From NCBI GenBank assembly GCA_022448245.1, contig JAKVCO010000009.1, positions 11,413 through 75,412 of the forward strand: a stretch of 64,000 bases of DNA, given 5' to 3'. The notes under the pieces are model-generated. The model was not told the DNA's origin. It was given only the letters and a program-made list of their open reading frames with translations, and ran no database searches. Shown here in pieces: positions 19,384 through 29,775 of this stretch (position 1 is the stretch's first letter; the number at the start of each line of letters is the position of its first letter). A program made the position numbers and the translations under genes. Source of the stretch: Paracoccaceae bacterium (GTDB lineage: Bacteria; Pseudomonadota; Alphaproteobacteria; Rhodobacterales; Rhodobacteraceae).

Positions 19384-20595
19384 ATGATCCGCTTTGTCCG
19401 GGAGAACGCCGCCTTTTTGGCGGCGGGTTTCCTCCTCACCTTTTCATCCTCTTGGGGGCAGACCTATTTCATCTCGCTCTTTGCCGGGCAGATCATGGAA
19501 GAGGTGGGTCTAACCGACGCCGAATGGGGGCTAACCTACATGATGGCCACTACCGGTTCGGCTGTGGTGATGATTTTCGCAGGCGTTCTCACTGACCGCT
19601 TCCGCGCGCGAACGCTTCTGATGGTGGTGCTGCCGGGCTTGGCCCTAGCTTGCGTGGGAATGGCGGTGAATTCCTCCATCGCGGGGCTGATTGTTGTGAT
19701 CTTCGCGCTCCGGTTCTTCGGGCAGGGGATGGCATCGCAGTTAGCAATCGTGTCGATGGCGCGCTGGTTCGTCGCCTCGCGCGGGAAAGCGCTGTCGATT
19801 GCGACGATGGGCTTCTCGGTCAGCAATGCGGTGCTGCCTTTCATTTTCGTTTCGCTTCTCGCGGTGATCACCTGGCGGCAAAGCTGGATTCTCGCCGCTG
19901 TTTTGTGCCTCGCTGCCGTGCCGGTATTGGTTCGACTCCTACGCCTCGAACGTACCCCGCAATCTGTGGCTTCGGAAAACGAGGTGGCCGGGATGGAAGG
20001 GCGGCACTGGTCCCGCATGGATATGCTACGGCATCCGTTGTTTTGGATGGCGATTCCCATGCTGCTCGCGCCACCGGCCTGGGGCACCGCGCTCTTCTTC
20101 CAGCAAGTCCATTTCGTTGAGGTGAAGGGGTGGACGCTGGCGGGGTATACGGCGCTTTTCCCGATCTACATATCCGCTCTCATCGCCATGACTTTCATTT
20201 CGGGCGAGCTGATCGATCGGCTTGGATCTGCCATGATGATGCGGGCGTGGCCTATCCCTTGGGCGCTGGGATTTGTCGTTCTCGCAGCGGCGCCAACGCT
20301 CGGATGGGCTCTCGTCGGACTGATCTTCTGCGCGATCGGTCAGGGGATCCAATCGAACGCCCCGACCTCTTTTTTCAGCGAGTACTACGGCACCCGCCAT
20401 CTTGGGGCGATCAAGGCCGTAGCGACGGCAATCATGGTTTTGGGGTCAGCGCTGGGGCCGGGGATCACAGGCACTTTGATCACCGCCGGCGTGGGTATCG
20501 AAGATCAGTTCCGCTGGATTAGTGTCTATTTCGTGGTCGCCGCCACGTTCCTTTGGATAGGCCTCAGCCGCTCCAAACTACCGACGGCGTCGTAG
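19384..20595 (+). CDS. MFS transporter
   Basis: 403 aa, about 12 hydrophobic segments, with a D-R-x-x-R-type loop (LTDRFRAR). Confidence 0.85.
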   Translation: MIRFVRENAAFLAAGFLLTFSSSWGQTYFISLFAGQIMEEVGLTDAEWGLTYMMATTGSAVVMIFAGVLTDRFRARTLLMVVLPGLALACVGMAVNSSIAGLIVVIFALRFFGQGMASQLAIVSMARWFVASRGKALSIATMGFSVSNAVLPFIFVSLLAVITWRQSWILAAVLCLAAVPVLVRLLRLERTPQSVASENEVAGMEGRHWSRMDMLRHPLFWMAIPMLLAPPAWGTALFFQQVHFVEVKGWTLAGYTALFPIYISALIAMTFISGELIDRLGSAMMMRAWPIPWALGFVVLAAAPTLGWALVGLIFCAIGQGIQSNAPTSFFSEYYGTRHLGAIKAVATAIMVLGSALGPGITGTLITAGVGIEDQFRWISVYFVVAATFLWIGLSRSKLPTAS

Positions 20596-21153
20596 ATAGA
20601 CGTAGAGCGCGCCTTCACCGCCGTGGCGCAAGCTCGCGGTTCGCGTTTCAAGCACCAATGGCGCCACCGGGTTCTGTTGCAGCCAGTGGGGTACCTGCCG
20701 CCGCAAAATCCCGCGCTGATACGGCAACGGCCCCTGAGGCCCGGACCCCGTACCTTTACCCGTAATCACCAAAACCAACCGGCGACCTTTCGTATGGCTG
20801 CGGAGAATGAAGTTGATCAGCTCCGCGTAAGCCTCGTCCACCCGCATGCCATGAAGGTCGATCCGGCCTTCGGGTTCCAACTTGCCCTGGCTCAGCTTGC
20901 GAAACGCTTTGGCGTCCATGCGCGGGGCAGGGGTCGTCGGAGCGAGGATACGCGTTTCCTGACGCGGTTTCGATCCCACTTTGAAAGCCGGAATTGGTTC
21001 GCGCTTGGGGGGCTGTTTCTTTTCTTTCGCGGGCGCCTCGGGTTCGGCGACCAAAGGAGCTTCTTTTTTACGTTTGGAGTGCATTGGCACGGTTGATCGC
21101 GCCACCTGCTCCCAAAGCTCCCGCTCGTCCGCTCTTAGCCGGCGCTTGCTCAT
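20578..21153 (-). CDS. Smr/MutS2-C domain protein
   Basis: C-terminal Smr domain (IDLHGMRVDEAY, LVITGKG, LRRQVPHWL). ATGA overlap with the mltA stop. Confidence 0.85.
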   Translation of the reverse strand: MSKRRLRADERELWEQVARSTVPMHSKRKKEAPLVAEPEAPAKEKKQPPKREPIPAFKVGSKPRQETRILAPTTPAPRMDAKAFRKLSQGKLEPEGRIDLHGMRVDEAYAELINFILRSHTKGRRLVLVITGKGTGSGPQGPLPYQRGILRRQVPHWLQQNPVAPLVLETRTASLRHGGEGALYVYLRRRR

Positions 21154-22181
21154 TGCAGCTCCTCCGGGAAGAGGGCAAAGGCCATTTGACGGGGCAAGAG
21201 GGTGACCATCCGCCCGCCGTCCCTCACGCGCCCGGCAGCTTTGCCCGCGGCGGAGCCTGTCCCGAAAAAGATATCCGCGCGCTGCGCGCCCTTGATGGCG
21301 GATCCCGTGTCTTGGGCAATCATGAGCCGGTTCATCGGCTCGATTCCTGCCCGCTCGATCCAGACTGGCGCGCCGAGCGGCGTGAAGGTGGGATCAACGG
21401 CAATCGACCGAAGCGGGGTGACAGGTCGGTTCATCGCCCCCAAGGGCCCGCGCGAGGCGGGCATATCCGTCAACTCGCGGAAGAAGACGAAAGACGGATT
21501 GTGTTGGAGCAACGCCCGGCCATCGTCGCCCCGGGACCTCACCCAATTGCGGATGACATCAGCCGAGACTTCATGCGCCTCATATTCCCCACGGCGCACA
21601 AGTTCGCGCCCGATGGAGCGGTATTCGTGGCCATTCTTGCCCGCATACCCAAGCCGCAACGTCGATCCATCAGTCAACGAAACCCGGCCAGACCCCTGAA
21701 CCTGCAAAAAGAAGGCATCCACGGGATCGTCGACCCAGGCAATCTCGAGCCCTCGACCTTCGAGAAGTTCACCTTCCTCGATATCGGCGCGCGTGGCGTA
21801 ACGGCCTTCAGAGCCATCCGGTGGCAGCGCATATAACGGTGTAGAGTAACGATCGGTGCGCGTTCTCGACCCCTGCAATTCCGGCTCAAAGTAACCGGTG
21901 AAGAGCATGTCTGACCCATCGGTGATCAAAACCGGCTGAAAGAACGCCTCAAAGAAGGTTTGAGGATCCGGGCGCTGCGTTGCGACCGCGCAGATCTTGG
22001 CCCAGTCAGGATCTGTCAGGTCCGGACAGGTTTCGAGAAACGTCTGAAAGGCCGCTTCGTGGCGGTCCTCAGACCAACCATCCAGATCGTCAAAGGAAAG
22101 AAGGCTGTAGCTGGGAGATTCGGCCATGGCCGCGCCTGCGGTCAGAAGTGCCGCGCAAACATATGCGATTGAGTGGCGCAC
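21150..22181 (-). CDS. mltA: Murein transglycosylase A
   Basis: Signal peptide, MltA-specific segment (LFTGYFEP, FFLQVQGSGRV) and a C-terminal 3D-domain-like segment (DTGSAIKG, RADIFFG). Confidence 0.85.
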   Translation of the reverse strand: MRHSIAYVCAALLTAGAAMAESPSYSLLSFDDLDGWSEDRHEAAFQTFLETCPDLTDPDWAKICAVATQRPDPQTFFEAFFQPVLITDGSDMLFTGYFEPELQGSRTRTDRYSTPLYALPPDGSEGRYATRADIEEGELLEGRGLEIAWVDDPVDAFFLQVQGSGRVSLTDGSTLRLGYAGKNGHEYRSIGRELVRRGEYEAHEVSADVIRNWVRSRGDDGRALLQHNPSFVFFRELTDMPASRGPLGAMNRPVTPLRSIAVDPTFTPLGAPVWIERAGIEPMNRLMIAQDTGSAIKGAQRADIFFGTGSAAGKAAGRVRDGGRMVTLLPRQMAFALFPEELQ

Positions 22182-22189
22182 AGCACCGA

Positions 22190-22855
22190 TCAGCCACCAG
22201 TGGCCACAAGCATCCAGTTCGGATCATCGCCGCCCATGGTGCGCGCGAAGGTCCAGCTATCTTTGGTCTTCTTGAGCGGGCTGGATTCAGCTTCGATGAC
22301 GTCGCCGCCTTTGTCGCGGACGGTGGACGACAGCTCACCCACGAAGCGCATCGTGATTTCGCCTTCGTTGGTGTTCGTGTTGAACGTCACTTCTTCGATC
22401 GTACGCTCGCGCAGGCCAATGAACTCAGCCTCGATCGAGATCCCGGCGTCGCGGCGGCTTTCAACGGCTTCGGCAAAGGCATCGTAAATTTCTGAGTCAA
22501 CGAAATCGCGGATCTGAGACAGCTCGCCTTTTTCGTAAGCCATCAGGATCATCTCATATGCCTGACCGGCACCGGACATGAACTCGCTCACGCTGAAGCC
22601 GGGCTCGACGCGTTTCATTGCCGTCAGCGCCTGCGCTTCATCTGAATCTTCTCCGACATGATCGGTGATATCGCGGTCAGAACCACCTTCAATCACTTCA
22701 AACTCGGGGGCGGGCGCAGAATTCTGCCCCTCTGGCTGGGGGCGGGTCATGTCCTGCTCAAACCCGTCGCGTGTGCCCAAGACCGAGCGCAAGCGCAGGA
22801 TCAAAAACACCGCAATCCCAGCGAGAATGAGGAGCTGTATAATCGGGTTGTTCAT
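22190..22855 (-). CDS. Tim44-like domain protein
   Basis: N-terminal TM helix MNNPIIQLLILAGIAVFLILRL followed by a Tim44-like C-terminal domain. Conserved alphaproteobacterial position next to mltA and secB. Confidence 0.85.
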   Translation of the reverse strand: MNNPIIQLLILAGIAVFLILRLRSVLGTRDGFEQDMTRPQPEGQNSAPAPEFEVIEGGSDRDITDHVGEDSDEAQALTAMKRVEPGFSVSEFMSGAGQAYEMILMAYEKGELSQIRDFVDSEIYDAFAEAVESRRDAGISIEAEFIGLRERTIEEVTFNTNTNEGEITMRFVGELSSTVRDKGGDVIEAESSPLKKTKDSWTFARTMGGDDPNWMLVATGG

Positions 22856-22955
22856 TTCCAGACCTTTGGTTCCGTAGCATTGGGAGCCGTGGGGCCTTAT
22901 GTAGGGGCGTGTCGGGGATTAGTCCACCAATGGGCGGGTCTGCCGCAGGAAAGGA

Positions 22956-23447
22956 ATGCATGCCATGTGGCTCTTGATCGCTTTTATCGCGGTTCCGTTG
23001 ATCGAAATCGCGCTTTTTATCCAAGTGGGCGGCTTCATTGGCCTTTGGCTGACGCTCGCAATTGTGGTGCTGACAGCCATTCTCGGCACGATGCTCGTAC
23101 GATCTCAGGGCGCGCGCGCTATGGGCGATCTTCGCGGGAGTTTCGAAAAACTCGATGATCCCACTGAACCCTTGGCGCATGGCGCAATGATCCTTGTTTC
23201 GGCCGCGCTGCTTCTGACGCCGGGCTTCTTCACCGATGCGGTTGGCTTTTCCCTGCTGATCCCACCTGTTCGCCAAGCGATCCTGGTACAGGTGCGCAAA
23301 CGCGTGAAAGTCGCGCGTTTCGAGATGGGCCCTCAGCCGGGCCATCGCCCACCATCTTCGCGCGATACCATCGACGGGGAGTTCGAAGACGTCACACCCG
23401 GTCCGAAACCGGGCGGAGATGGGGCCTCTGGCTGGACGCGCGACTGA
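22956..23447 (+). CDS. fxsA: FxsA family membrane protein
   Basis: N-terminus WLLIAFIAVPLIEIALFIQVGG is typical of FxsA. The start is probably the second ATG (22965), judged on RBS spacing. Confidence 0.8.
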   Translation: MHAMWLLIAFIAVPLIEIALFIQVGGFIGLWLTLAIVVLTAILGTMLVRSQGARAMGDLRGSFEKLDDPTEPLAHGAMILVSAALLLTPGFFTDAVGFSLLIPPVRQAILVQVRKRVKVARFEMGPQPGHRPPSSRDTIDGEFEDVTPGPKPGGDGASGWTRD

Positions 23448-23488
23448 CCCCCTGATAGGGGCCATTCCGACAGTTTTTGGAGATCCAC

Positions 23489-24025
23489 ATGGCAGAGAAC
23501 GGCGCAGAGAACGGCGCGCAGGCAGCAACTGCGACGCCCGGCACGGAACAGCAACCCAAAGTGAACATGCGTGTGCTCGCGCAATATGTCCGCGATCTCT
23601 CTTTCGAGAACGTCCTGGCGCAGAAGGGCACCAGCGGTGGCGAGCAGCAGCCGAACGTCAGCGTTCAGGTCAGCCTCGACGGTCGCAAGCGCGGCGGCGA
23701 CAACCAATACGAAGTGATCATAAAGCTCAAAGTCGAATCCAAGACGAAAGACGCGGGCGAACCCCTCTTCGTTCTCGAAATGGATTACGCGGGCCTCTTC
23801 TTCATCGACGGCGTTCCTAACGAGCAGATGCATCCGTTCCTTCTGATCGAATGCCCGCGAATGATCTTCCCGTTCATGCGCCGTGTCGTTTCCGACGTGA
23901 CGCGCGACGGCGGCTTCCCACCGCTGAACCTCGAGAACATCGATTTCATGGGCCTCTACCGAAACGAACTTCAGCGCCGTGTCGAAGCGCAGAAGGCAGA
24001 AAGCGGCGAGACGCCGAGCGCCTAA
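23489..24025 (+). CDS. secB: Protein-export chaperone SecB
   Basis: SecB-like core ([44 protein letters not shown]). The ATG at 23489 is preceded by GGAG. Confidence 0.9.
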   Translation: MAENGAENGAQAATATPGTEQQPKVNMRVLAQYVRDLSFENVLAQKGTSGGEQQPNVSVQVSLDGRKRGGDNQYEVIIKLKVESKTKDAGEPLFVLEMDYAGLFFIDGVPNEQMHPFLLIECPRMIFPFMRRVVSDVTRDGGFPPLNLENIDFMGLYRNELQRRVEAQKAESGETPSA

Positions 24026-24708
24026 TTGGCTTTCCAGAGTGCGCCGTCCCCGAGCTTTTCAACGAAGGCCTCGTGGGCGGCGCGTTCTTTTTGTGAAATG
24101 CGCGATGGAAGCTTGTTCGGACGCGGCTGCGGTCGCCATGTCCCAGCACCTGACGCGGCTGACGCTTGGGTCGATGTGGCCAGCGCAAAATCGGGCTGCT
24201 TGCCGCCAATTAGCTCCAGATAGACTTCCGCCAAAATCTCAGAGTCGAGCAACGCCCCGTGCAATGTCCGCGCGGAGTTGTCGATGTTGAAGCGCCGGCA
24301 CAGCGCGTCGAGCGACGAGGGCGAACCCGGGAATTTCTTGCGAGCAATCGCCAAGGTGTCAATCGCTTGATCCCAGGGCAGGGCGGTGCGGTTTACCCAG
24401 CCGAGCTCTGCATTGATAAAGCGCATGTCGAAGGCAGCGTTGTGGATCACGAGCTTCGCATCACCGACGAACTTCAGGAAATCATCCACGATGGCTGAGA
24501 AAATCGGTTTGTCGGCGAGGAATTCATCGCCAAGACCGTGAACTTCGAAAGCTTCCTGCGCCATTGCGCGTTCCGGGTTGATGTACTGGTGATACGTATT
24601 GCCCGTCGGCACATGGTTCCAAAGCTCAACCGCACCGATTTCGACGATCCGGTCGCCTGAGTTGGGATCAAGGCCCGTGGTTTCCGTGTCGAGGACGATC
24701 TCTCTCAT
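24022..24708 (-). CDS. dnaQ: DNA polymerase III epsilon subunit (3'-5' exonuclease)
   Basis: Exo motifs [20 protein letters not shown] and [14 protein letters not shown]. Confidence 0.9.
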   Translation of the reverse strand: MREIVLDTETTGLDPNSGDRIVEIGAVELWNHVPTGNTYHQYINPERAMAQEAFEVHGLGDEFLADKPIFSAIVDDFLKFVGDAKLVIHNAAFDMRFINAELGWVNRTALPWDQAIDTLAIARKKFPGSPSSLDALCRRFNIDNSARTLHGALLDSEILAEVYLELIGGKQPDFALATSTQASAASGAGTWRPQPRPNKLPSRISQKERAAHEAFVEKLGDGALWKAN

Positions 24709-25283
24709 GGTTTTATCGCTTCTACGATCCGCTCGATGTCATCGCGTGCGGTTTGAGGGGACGTTGTATTGATCTCGTAGTTGGCGGCCGCGCGTTTTTT
24801 GTCCTGCGGCCAGTGATGCTTGAGGATGAACTCGAAGTGCTCTTTTGTCATTCCAGGACGCTCCAACACGCGCGTCTTTTGAGTTTCAGCGTCGACCCAC
24901 GTGCAGGCTGTCACATCGAGATCCTGATCGAGCTTTTTTTCGAAAAGCAAAGGTATTTCAAGGACTAAGATCCACGCGGCTGCTACCTTTATAGCCTCAG
25001 CGCGGTCTTCGGCGACAAGCGGATGCACGAGCGCTTCGAGCTTCGGAAGAAGCGTTTTGTCTGCACGAAGCTCCCGCGCGAGAAGGGGTCTGCTGACGTG
25101 ATCTTCAACAATGGCCGCGGGCGCGATCTTTGCGATTTCAAGCACTGCTTTGCCGCCGGGTGCGTAAAGCCGGTGAACCGCGGCATCTGCGGACCAAATC
25201 ATCGCGCCATGCTCCTCGAAGAGCTGGCACGTGGTTGATTTGCCTGTGCCGATCGATCCGGTGAGACCAAGTGTGATAGCCAT
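24705..25283 (-). CDS. coaE: Dephospho-CoA kinase
   Basis: The Met at 25283 gives [17 protein letters not shown] (P-loop). ATGA overlaps with both aroE (upstream) and dnaQ (downstream). Confidence 0.9.
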   Translation of the reverse strand: MAITLGLTGSIGTGKSTTCQLFEEHGAMIWSADAAVHRLYAPGGKAVLEIAKIAPAAIVEDHVSRPLLARELRADKTLLPKLEALVHPLVAEDRAEAIKVAAAWILVLEIPLLFEKKLDQDLDVTACTWVDAETQKTRVLERPGMTKEHFEFILKHHWPQDKKRAAANYEINTTSPQTARDDIERIVEAIKP

Positions 25284-26110
25284 CAGAGAACCGCCAGCCG
25301 TGTATCTTCGGTCACTTCGGGGCGCTGACCAAACCAACGCTCAAAACCAGGCACCGCCTGATGCAATAGCATGCCCAGGCCGTCGATGACTGTGCAGCCT
25401 GCTGCGCGCGCCGTTGCGAGGAGCCCGGTTTCAAGCGGTGCATAAACCAGATCAGTGACGACATCGCCGGGGGCTAGCCCATCGAGAGGTACGCGGAGCT
25501 CCGGCTGACCGACCATGCCCAGCGACGTGGTGTTCACGATGGTCTTTGCTTCTTCGATCGCGTCGCCTGCTTCGATCCAATCGACGACTGTGACGCGCGA
25601 TCCAAAATCGCTGCGCAACGTGTCTGCTTTACCTTTCGTCCGGTTGGACAACAGGATTTCCTGCACGCCCGCCTCGAGGAGCGAGGAAATCACCGCACGT
25701 GCGGCCCCGCCTGCGCCTAGAACAGCAGCGCTTCCCCAAAAAGGATCCCAGTTGGGGGCACCAGCTTTCAGGTTAGCGATGAAGCCGTAGCCATCAGTGT
25801 TGTCTGCATGGATGAGACCGTCACGGCGGAAAATGAGCGTGTTGGCAGCGCCAATCATGATGGCGCGATCCGTGGTCTTGTCCGCAATGGCGAGAGCCGC
25901 TGTCTTGTGTGGAAGCGTCACGTTTAGCCCTACGAACCCCGCCTTTGGCAGCGCCCTGATGACCTGTTCGAAATTCTCAGCGGCAATGGGCATCGGGATA
26001 TAATGGCCCGCAATGCCGTACCTCTTGAGCCAGTGCCTAAAGAGCAGCGGAGATTTCGAGTGTGAAATCGGATCCCCAACGACCCCGGCCAATGGGACAG
26101 ATGGCTTCAT
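25283..26110 (-). CDS. aroE: Shikimate dehydrogenase
   Basis: GVVGDPISHSKSP N-terminal signature and GAGGAARAV NADP-binding site. Confidence 0.9.
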   Translation of the reverse strand: MKPSVPLAGVVGDPISHSKSPLLFRHWLKRYGIAGHYIPMPIAAENFEQVIRALPKAGFVGLNVTLPHKTAALAIADKTTDRAIMIGAANTLIFRRDGLIHADNTDGYGFIANLKAGAPNWDPFWGSAAVLGAGGAARAVISSLLEAGVQEILLSNRTKGKADTLRSDFGSRVTVVDWIEAGDAIEEAKTIVNTTSLGMVGQPELRVPLDGLAPGDVVTDLVYAPLETGLLATARAAGCTVIDGLGMLLHQAVPGFERWFGQRPEVTEDTRLAVL

Positions 26111-26703
26111 GCGCTGATCGCTCCTTCGTCGGCGAAGAAATTCAGTAGTGGCAGGAGTGGTAGACCAAGAACAGTGAAATAGTCACCGTCAATTTCGCGG
26201 AAAAGCCGGCCTCCTTCTTCCTCGAGCATGTAGCCCCCGACAGCGTAGGAGATTTCGGGCCAGTTTCGGTCCAGGTATTCGTCTAGAAAGCCGTCGCTGA
26301 AGGCACGCATGGTGAGTGTCACAGTAGCCACGTGATGAAAGGCTTGTTTGTGATCTCGGACCACGGCGACTGCTGAGTGAAGCTTGTGCGTCTGACCACG
26401 CAAGATCAGCAGGTGTTTCTTCGCTTCAGCACGGTCTTTGGGCTTTGATAAAATGGTGCTGTCGAAATCGAGGACTTGATCCGCGCCGATGACATAACCA
26501 TCTGCCTCAAGAGCGAGAGCCTTTTCTTGGGCGAGCCTCAGAGCGATTTCCTCGGGTGAGGATCCCGCTTGGAGAAGACGGCTCTTGATCGAATCCTCAT
26601 CCACGTCCACCGCTTTTGCTGCGATCTCGATCCCTGCATTCCTTAGGAGCTGAGCCCGGATCTGACTCCCTGATGCCAAATGAATGTGGATATCTTGGCG
26701 CAT
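26107..26703 (-). CDS. maf: Maf-family nucleoside triphosphate pyrophosphatase
   Basis: 198 aa. LASGSQIR, ADQV and GGYMLEEEG segments are typical of Maf. ATGA overlap with aroE. Confidence 0.9.
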   Translation of the reverse strand: MRQDIHIHLASGSQIRAQLLRNAGIEIAAKAVDVDEDSIKSRLLQAGSSPEEIALRLAQEKALALEADGYVIGADQVLDFDSTILSKPKDRAEAKKHLLILRGQTHKLHSAVAVVRDHKQAFHHVATVTLTMRAFSDGFLDEYLDRNWPEISYAVGGYMLEEEGGRLFREIDGDYFTVLGLPLLPLLNFFADEGAISA

Positions 26704-26878
26704 AAGGCTGGGATCTAAACTGGGACAGAAAGAGACAAATCGCGGTCTGGAGGGGCATAAGCCTCAGGTCTGGTGACAAGTGGTGTTTCAGTCCACCTGC
26801 ACAGGGAGTGTATCCAGTTGGGGATGGGATAAAAACCCTGCTGAGGACAACTCAACCATCCTGGACTTGTCCTGACAC

Positions 26879-26887
26879 TTTTCCACA
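26879..26887 (+). promoter_or_regulatory. DnaA-box-like 9-mer TTTTCCACA (8/9 to TTATCCACA)
   Basis: Direct read of the sequence. Confidence 0.45.
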
Positions 26888-26961
26888 TGAAATCTTTGAT
26901 TTATCAAGTAAGTTCAATGGGTTGTATACTTAATGCCTGAAGCGGCAGGATAATCTGCACA

Positions 26962-26970
26962 AGTGGATAA
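26962..26970 (-). promoter_or_regulatory. DnaA-box-like 9-mer TTATCCACT on the minus strand (8/9)
   Basis: The plus strand reads AGTGGATAA. A further 7/9 site, AAATCCACA, lies at 26988-26996. Confidence 0.45.
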
Positions 26971-27010
26971 AGCCGAGCATAACTCGGAAATCCACAGGAT
27001 TGCTGTTCCC

Positions 27011-27056
27011 AACAAAATACAACAACCTTTCTTTTCTTCTTTTATTCTTACTTATT
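27011..27056. other. AT-rich, strand-asymmetric tract. Candidate DNA unwinding element.
   Basis: The sequence is aacaaaatacaacaacctttcttttcttcttttattcttacttatt, with 11 G/C of 46 by hand count, immediately next to the DnaA-box-like sites. Confidence 0.4.
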
Positions 27057-27200
27057 GCCCAGCGCTTGACCCGAGACACGGCGTTTGACTCCGAAATGGG
27101 AAGTGCTTAAGCGAAGGACAGCCTCGTCCGGGGTGATGTCATCCTTGATACAACTTATTCTAACCTGATGCGGGGGGTGTGCGCCCCTTTGGGAGCGTCC

Positions 27201-28469
27201 ATGATAGAGAAACTGAATCTTGCCGATCTGAAAGCCCAGAGCCCAAAGGACCTTTTGTCCATGGCGGAGGAGCTGGAGATCGAGAACGCCTCGACCATGC
27301 GCAAGGGCGACATGATGTTCGCGATCCTCAAGGAACGCGCTGAGGACGGGTGGGAGATTTCGGGAGATGGCTCTCTTGAGGTTTTGCAGGATGGCTTTGG
27401 TTTCTTACGGAGCCCGGAAGCAAATTACCTGCCGGGCCCTGACGATATCTACGTGTCGCCTGACATGATTCGTCAGTTCTCTCTGCGGACGGGTGATACC
27501 GTGGAAGGTGTCATTCAAGCGCCTGGCGAGAATGAGCGCTACTTCGGCATGACGTCGGTGACGAAGATCAACTTCGAAGATCCGGAGCGTGCCCGTCACA
27601 AGGTCAACTTCGATAACCTGACGCCGCTTTATCCTGATGAGCGTCTGACGATGGAAATCGATGATCCGACGACGAAGGACCGTTCGGCACGCATCATCGA
27701 TCTGGTGGCGCCTATTGGTAAGGGTCAGCGTTCGCTGATCGTTGCACCGCCGCGGACGGGTAAGACGGTTCTCTTGCAGAACATCGCCAGCTCGATCGAG
27801 AAGAACCATCCTGAGTGCTATCTGATTGTCCTTCTGATCGACGAACGCCCAGAAGAAGTAACGGACATGCAGCGGTCGGTGCGTGGTGAGGTGATCTCGT
27901 CCACGTTTGACGAACCTGCGACGCGGCACGTGGCTGTCTCGGAGATGGTCATCGAGAAGGCGAAGCGTCTTGTTGAGCATAAGCGAGACGTTGTGATCCT
28001 GCTGGATTCCATCACGCGCCTTGGCCGGGCATTTAACACGACGGTGCCGTCTTCGGGTAAAGTCCTGACCGGTGGTGTTGATGCGAACGCTCTGCAGCGT
28101 CCGAAGCGTTTCTTTGGTGCTGCGCGGAATATTGAAGAGGGCGGCTCGCTGACGATCATCGCCACGGCCCTGATCGATACAGGTTCGCGTATGGACGAGG
28201 TGATCTTCGAGGAATTCAAAGGTACGGGTAACTCCGAAATCGTGCTGGATCGTAAGGTTGCGGATAAACGCGTGTTCCCGGCGATGGATATTTTGAAGTC
28301 TGGTACGCGGAAGGAAGACCTTCTGGTCGACAAGATCGATCTGCAGAAGACTTACGTTCTGCGGCGGATTTTGAACCCGATGGGTACGACCGATGCGATC
28401 GAATTCCTTATCTCGAAGCTCAAACAGACGAAGACGAATTCGGAGTTCTTCGACTCAATGAATACCTGA
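27201..28469 (+). CDS. rho: Transcription termination factor Rho
   Basis: The ATG at 27201 is preceded by GGGAG. N-terminus [25 protein letters not shown], Walker A motif APPRTGKT and [24 protein letters not shown]. Confidence 0.95.
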   Translation: MIEKLNLADLKAQSPKDLLSMAEELEIENASTMRKGDMMFAILKERAEDGWEISGDGSLEVLQDGFGFLRSPEANYLPGPDDIYVSPDMIRQFSLRTGDTVEGVIQAPGENERYFGMTSVTKINFEDPERARHKVNFDNLTPLYPDERLTMEIDDPTTKDRSARIIDLVAPIGKGQRSLIVAPPRTGKTVLLQNIASSIEKNHPECYLIVLLIDERPEEVTDMQRSVRGEVISSTFDEPATRHVAVSEMVIEKAKRLVEHKRDVVILLDSITRLGRAFNTTVPSSGKVLTGGVDANALQRPKRFFGAARNIEEGGSLTIIATALIDTGSRMDEVIFEEFKGTGNSEIVLDRKVADKRVFPAMDILKSGTRKEDLLVDKIDLQKTYVLRRILNPMGTTDAIEFLISKLKQTKTNSEFFDSMNT

Positions 28470-28473
28470 TCCC

Positions 28474-29772
28474 ATGCCTGACGGGGCAGGAAATGAGACA
28501 GTATTCGCGCTGGCCTCGGCCGAAGGGCGTGCCGGCGTCGCGGTCGTTAGGGTATCAGGAGCTAAGGCCTTTGATGCGGTAGAAACGCTGTGCGGCGCTG
28601 TGCCTGCGCCTCGGACCACCAGTTTGCGGATCTTGTGTGACGCAGATGGGTCGATCATCGACGAAGCTTTGGTCTTGACGTTTGCAGCTGGCGCAAGCTT
28701 CACCGGTGAAGCTGTCGCTGAATTCCACTGTCACGGTAGTCCTGCGGTCATTCGGCGGCTACTCGGGCGTTTGGGTGATATGCCTGGTCTTTGCATGGCT
28801 GCGCCTGGGGAGTTTACACGGCGGGCTTTTGAGAACGGCAATCTTGATCTCACACGTGTGGAAGGGCTCGGCGATCTTATTGACGCGGAGACGGAAGCTC
28901 AGCGTAAGCAGGCGATGGCGATCTATGATGGACAGCTGAGCAAGGCGCTGGAGAGCGTTAGGGGGCATCTGCTCCGTGGTGCGGCGCTCTGCGAGGCGGG
29001 GATCGACTTTGCTGACGAAGAAGTTCCAGAGGATGTAGATGGACCCACGAGAGATGCTTTGGAGGCGGTTTCTGGTGAGATAGAGACGATACTGCGAGGT
29101 CACGAGCAAGCCAGACTCATCACAAATGGGCTGGAAGTTGCGATTATCGGCGCGCCAAATGTCGGCAAGTCGACGTTGCTGAATGCGATCGCCGGGGACG
29201 ATATTGCGATCGTGACCGAGGTTGCGGGGACAACACGTGATGTTATCGAATGTAGGGTGAATCTTGGCGGTCGGCTGGTTACATTCCTCGACACGGCCGG
29301 GCTACGTGATACGGATGATATCGTTGAGCGCGAAGGGATCCGCCGCGCTGAAATTAGGGCTCAGCGGGCGGATATGCGGCTGTTTCTGTCGATGGTGCCG
29401 GAAGAGGACCACCCGTTGTTGCAGGCCGGGGATATCAAAGTACTGACGAAGTCGGACGTTTCCGGTTCTCCTGACGGGATCTCTGCAAAGACTGGGGCAG
29501 GGGTCGCAGAGCTACTCGAGGAAATTGAGAAGAGCGTTGCTTTGCGCACAAAGGGTGCGGGCTTGGTGTCGTCGGAGCGGCAGGCTTACCTTCTAAAGCA
29601 GGCAGCAAGCCATACGGATAGCGCTTTGGCGACCTTGGTAACCGGGGTGGGGAGTGAATTGGTGGCGCATCATATCCGCGATGCGCTTCGGTCCGTTGAG
29701 GAGATTGTTGGACGGGTTGGTGTTGAAGAGGTATTGGGAGAAATCTTCTCATCCTTCTGCATCGGAAAGTAG
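28474..29772 (+). CDS. mnmE: tRNA modification GTPase MnmE (TrmE)
   Basis: G-domain motifs [19 protein letters not shown] and TKSD, plus the C-terminal CIGK motif. Confidence 0.9.
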   Translation: MPDGAGNETVFALASAEGRAGVAVVRVSGAKAFDAVETLCGAVPAPRTTSLRILCDADGSIIDEALVLTFAAGASFTGEAVAEFHCHGSPAVIRRLLGRLGDMPGLCMAAPGEFTRRAFENGNLDLTRVEGLGDLIDAETEAQRKQAMAIYDGQLSKALESVRGHLLRGAALCEAGIDFADEEVPEDVDGPTRDALEAVSGEIETILRGHEQARLITNGLEVAIIGAPNVGKSTLLNAIAGDDIAIVTEVAGTTRDVIECRVNLGGRLVTFLDTAGLRDTDDIVEREGIRRAEIRAQRADMRLFLSMVPEEDHPLLQAGDIKVLTKSDVSGSPDGISAKTGAGVAELLEEIEKSVALRTKGAGLVSSERQAYLLKQAASHTDSALATLVTGVGSELVAHHIRDALRSVEEIVGRVGVEEVLGEIFSSFCIGK

Positions 29773-29775
29773 GAG

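Larger units (their letters stand above)
26780..27060. other. Candidate chromosomal replication origin (oriC) core
   Basis: This is the largest non-coding gap in the window (26704-27200). Hand count gives 19 G/C in the 60 nt at 26881-26940 and 11 G/C in the 46 nt at 27011-27056. DnaA-box-like 9-mers are listed as separate features. Flanking genes diverge from the gap, and the flanks match the gene neighbourhood of the Caulobacter origin. Confidence 0.55.

Noticed and set aside
26704-27200. CtrA boxes (TTAA-N7-TTAA) and GANTC clusters in the candidate origin
   Set aside because: I looked for them because they mark the Caulobacter origin. I found no full CtrA site and only one GANTC (GACTC near 27086). 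I make no claim of CtrA or CcrM control of this origin.
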